A stretch of DNA of 64,000 nucleotides from Bacteroidia bacterium (GTDB lineage: Bacteria > Bacteroidota > Bacteroidia > Bacteroidales > GWA2-32-17), in assembly GCA_016218155.1 (NCBI GenBank), contig JACREQ010000069.1:95311-159310 (forward strand), written 5' to 3'. Position 1 is the first letter of the stretch. Each line of letters begins with the position of its first letter. Under the pieces are notes generated by a model, which did no database searches, was not told the origin of the DNA, and saw nothing but the letters and a program-made list of their open reading frames with translations. This document shows, one piece after another, positions 62,270 to 64,000 of this stretch. The position numbers were made by a program, and so were the translations under genes.

Positions 62270-63646
62270 ATGGAATTACCATTTGCAGAACCTTATAAAA
62301 TTAAGATGGTTGAAACCATCAAAAAAACTACACGTAGCGACAGAGAAAAATGGGTACGTGAGGCAAAATATAATTTGTTTAACCTTAGCAGTGATAAAAT
62401 TTTTATCGATCTTTTAACTGATTCAGGAACCGGTGCAATGAGTGATCAGCAATGGGGGAAAATAATGACAGGGGACGAAAGTTATGCTGGGTCAAGTTCT
62501 TATTTCGCGTTAAAAGATGCAGTTAAAAATCTTTTTGGATTCGAATATTTTTTACCGACACATCAGGGAAGAGCTGCAGAAAATGTGCTTTTCAGTGTTA
62601 TGGTAAAAGAAGGAAATATTGTTCCGGGCAACTGTCATTTCGATACAACAAAAGGTCATATTGAATTCAGAAAGGCACATGCTGTTGATTGCACTATCGA
62701 TGAAGCTTTCGACACAACTGTTTATCACCCTTTTAAAGGTAATGTTGACATTAATAAGCTTGAAAAAGTTTTAAAATCAAGTCCTAAAGAAAACATTCCA
62801 ATGATTATTGTGACCATAACAAACAACACAGCGGGTGGTCAGCCAGTATCAATGGAAAATTTAAAAAACGTAAAAGAACTTGCAAATAAATTTGGAATAC
62901 CAGTAATTTATGATTCTGCACGTTTTGCCGAAAACGCATACTTTATTAAAGTTCGTGAGAAAGGATACGAGAACAAAACCATTCGCGAAATTGTAAGTGA
63001 AATGTTTTCTTATGCCGACGGTATGACTATGAGCAGCAAAAAAGATGGTATAGTAAATATTGGCGGATTTATAGGTTTAAGAAGTCAGGATTTATTCCGT
63101 GCCGCATCCACTTTCAATATTATGTTTGAAGGTTTTATTACCTATGGTGGGATGGCTGGTCGTGATATGAATGCACTTGCACAAGGCTTATACGAAGCAA
63201 CAGAATTCGATTATTTAGAATCGAGAGTAGGACAGGTAGCTTATCTTGGAAAAAGACTTGTAGAGTTTGGTGTTCCTGTTCAGGAGCCATTTGGTGGGCA
63301 TGCAATTTTTGTTGATGCAAAAAGATTTTTCCCACATATTCCTCAATCAGAATATATCGCTCAAATATTAGGCATTGAACTATATATTGAAGGAGGGGTT
63401 AGAGGAGTAGAAATAGGCACGTTGTTAGCAGATCGCGATCCGGAAACTCGCCTGGACAGGCTTCCTGCTTTAGAGTTACTTCGCTTAGCAATTCCAAGAA
63501 GGGTTTATACAAATAATCATATGGATTATATTGCTGTAGCTTTAAAAAATGTTTACGACAGAAGAAATGAAATTAAACGCGGATATAAAATTTTATGGGA
63601 AGCTCCAATTATGCGTCATTTCACTGTTGAATTGGAGAAACTTTAA
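62270..63646 (+). CDS. tnaA: Tryptophanase
   Basis: DLLTDSGT, PTHQGRAAE, HFDTT, MSSKKD (PLP Lys); C-terminal RHFT fits tryptophanase rather than tyrosine phenol-lyase (RFFT). Confidence 0.88.
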   Translation: MELPFAEPYKIKMVETIKKTTRSDREKWVREAKYNLFNLSSDKIFIDLLTDSGTGAMSDQQWGKIMTGDESYAGSSSYFALKDAVKNLFGFEYFLPTHQGRAAENVLFSVMVKEGNIVPGNCHFDTTKGHIEFRKAHAVDCTIDEAFDTTVYHPFKGNVDINKLEKVLKSSPKENIPMIIVTITNNTAGGQPVSMENLKNVKELANKFGIPVIYDSARFAENAYFIKVREKGYENKTIREIVSEMFSYADGMTMSSKKDGIVNIGGFIGLRSQDLFRAASTFNIMFEGFITYGGMAGRDMNALAQGLYEATEFDYLESRVGQVAYLGKRLVEFGVPVQEPFGGHAIFVDAKRFFPHIPQSEYIAQILGIELYIEGGVRGVEIGTLLADRDPETRLDRLPALELLRLAIPRRVYTNNHMDYIAVALKNVYDRRNEIKRGYKILWEAPIMRHFTVELEKL

Positions 63647-63752
63647 ATTATAAAAATCATAATCTTTAGTTTATTTAACCTTTATTTGTTTGAGGTTTCA
63701 TATTAATCTACAAACAAAGAAAATTAATGTTATATATTTCGAATTTTACAAA

Positions 63753-64000
63753 ATGAAAAAAATAAAAGTAATTTTATTATATTCCATAGCAATAATTTTA
63801 GTATTTCAATCATGTAAAAAAGGTGAAGATGACCCAACTATTTCTTTAAGATCGAGAAAAGCAAGATTAGTTGGTGAATGGAGTTTAACCTCCGGCAAAA
63901 TCACATCTCATGAGGAATACACAACAACAGTTACTACATATGATGGAAAAACATCTATTTCTTCTGTTTATGGAACAAATCCATATACAGAAAAAATGTT
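63753..64000 (+). CDS. Lipoprotein, partial (runs out of window)
   Basis: Hand translation MKKIKVILLYSIAIILVFQSCKKGEDDPTISLRSRKARLVGEW; lipobox Cys. Confidence 0.75.
   Translation, partial: MKKIKVILLYSIAIILVFQSCKKGEDDPTISLRSRKARLVGEWSLTSGKITSHEEYTTTVTTYDGKTSISSVYGTNPYTEKM

Noticed and set aside
97..63335. Short overlapping or antisense ORFs in the track (e.g. 97..309, 1719..2039, 20926..21111, 55930..56172, 61999..62181)
   Set aside because: They shadow well-supported genes or cross repeats and promoters, often with non-ATG starts and no motifs
62270..63646. Tyrosine phenol-lyase
   Set aside because: C-terminal RHFT fits tryptophanase; TPL has RFFT

Overview
AT-rich chromosomal window from a Bacteroidota (Bacteroidales-like) organism. 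Evidence: TAnnTTTG -7 promoters, short Bacteroidota-type RpoD, a PorE-like OmpA protein and at least ten proteins with T9SS C-terminal domains. Housekeeping content is ftcD, prfC, truA, yjbQ, pgm, ugd-uxs-rfbACD, rpoD and tryptophanase, plus a Mo/W-cofactor cluster (MOT1 transporter, mobA, MobB-like, tatAC, moeA, moaA). The two main non-obvious discoveries: (1) An integrase-less, integron-like gene-cassette system. A 4.7-kb array at 25074-29752 is bounded by a 24-bp direct repeat of the 3' end of an HTH regulator gene; its genes are separated by TAAC...GTTA structured repeats, and two of its three units are framed by their own 16-bp inverted ends (the third match is weak). A solitary cassette of the same family lies 17 kb away at 46124-47083. 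(2) A P3-less (tungsten-cofactor-class) Moco riboswitch with a clear terminator/antiterminator controls a MOT1-family transporter. No tRNA, rRNA, CRISPR, integrase, transposase or reverse transcriptase was seen. All family assignments are by-eye motif recognition, not database searches.
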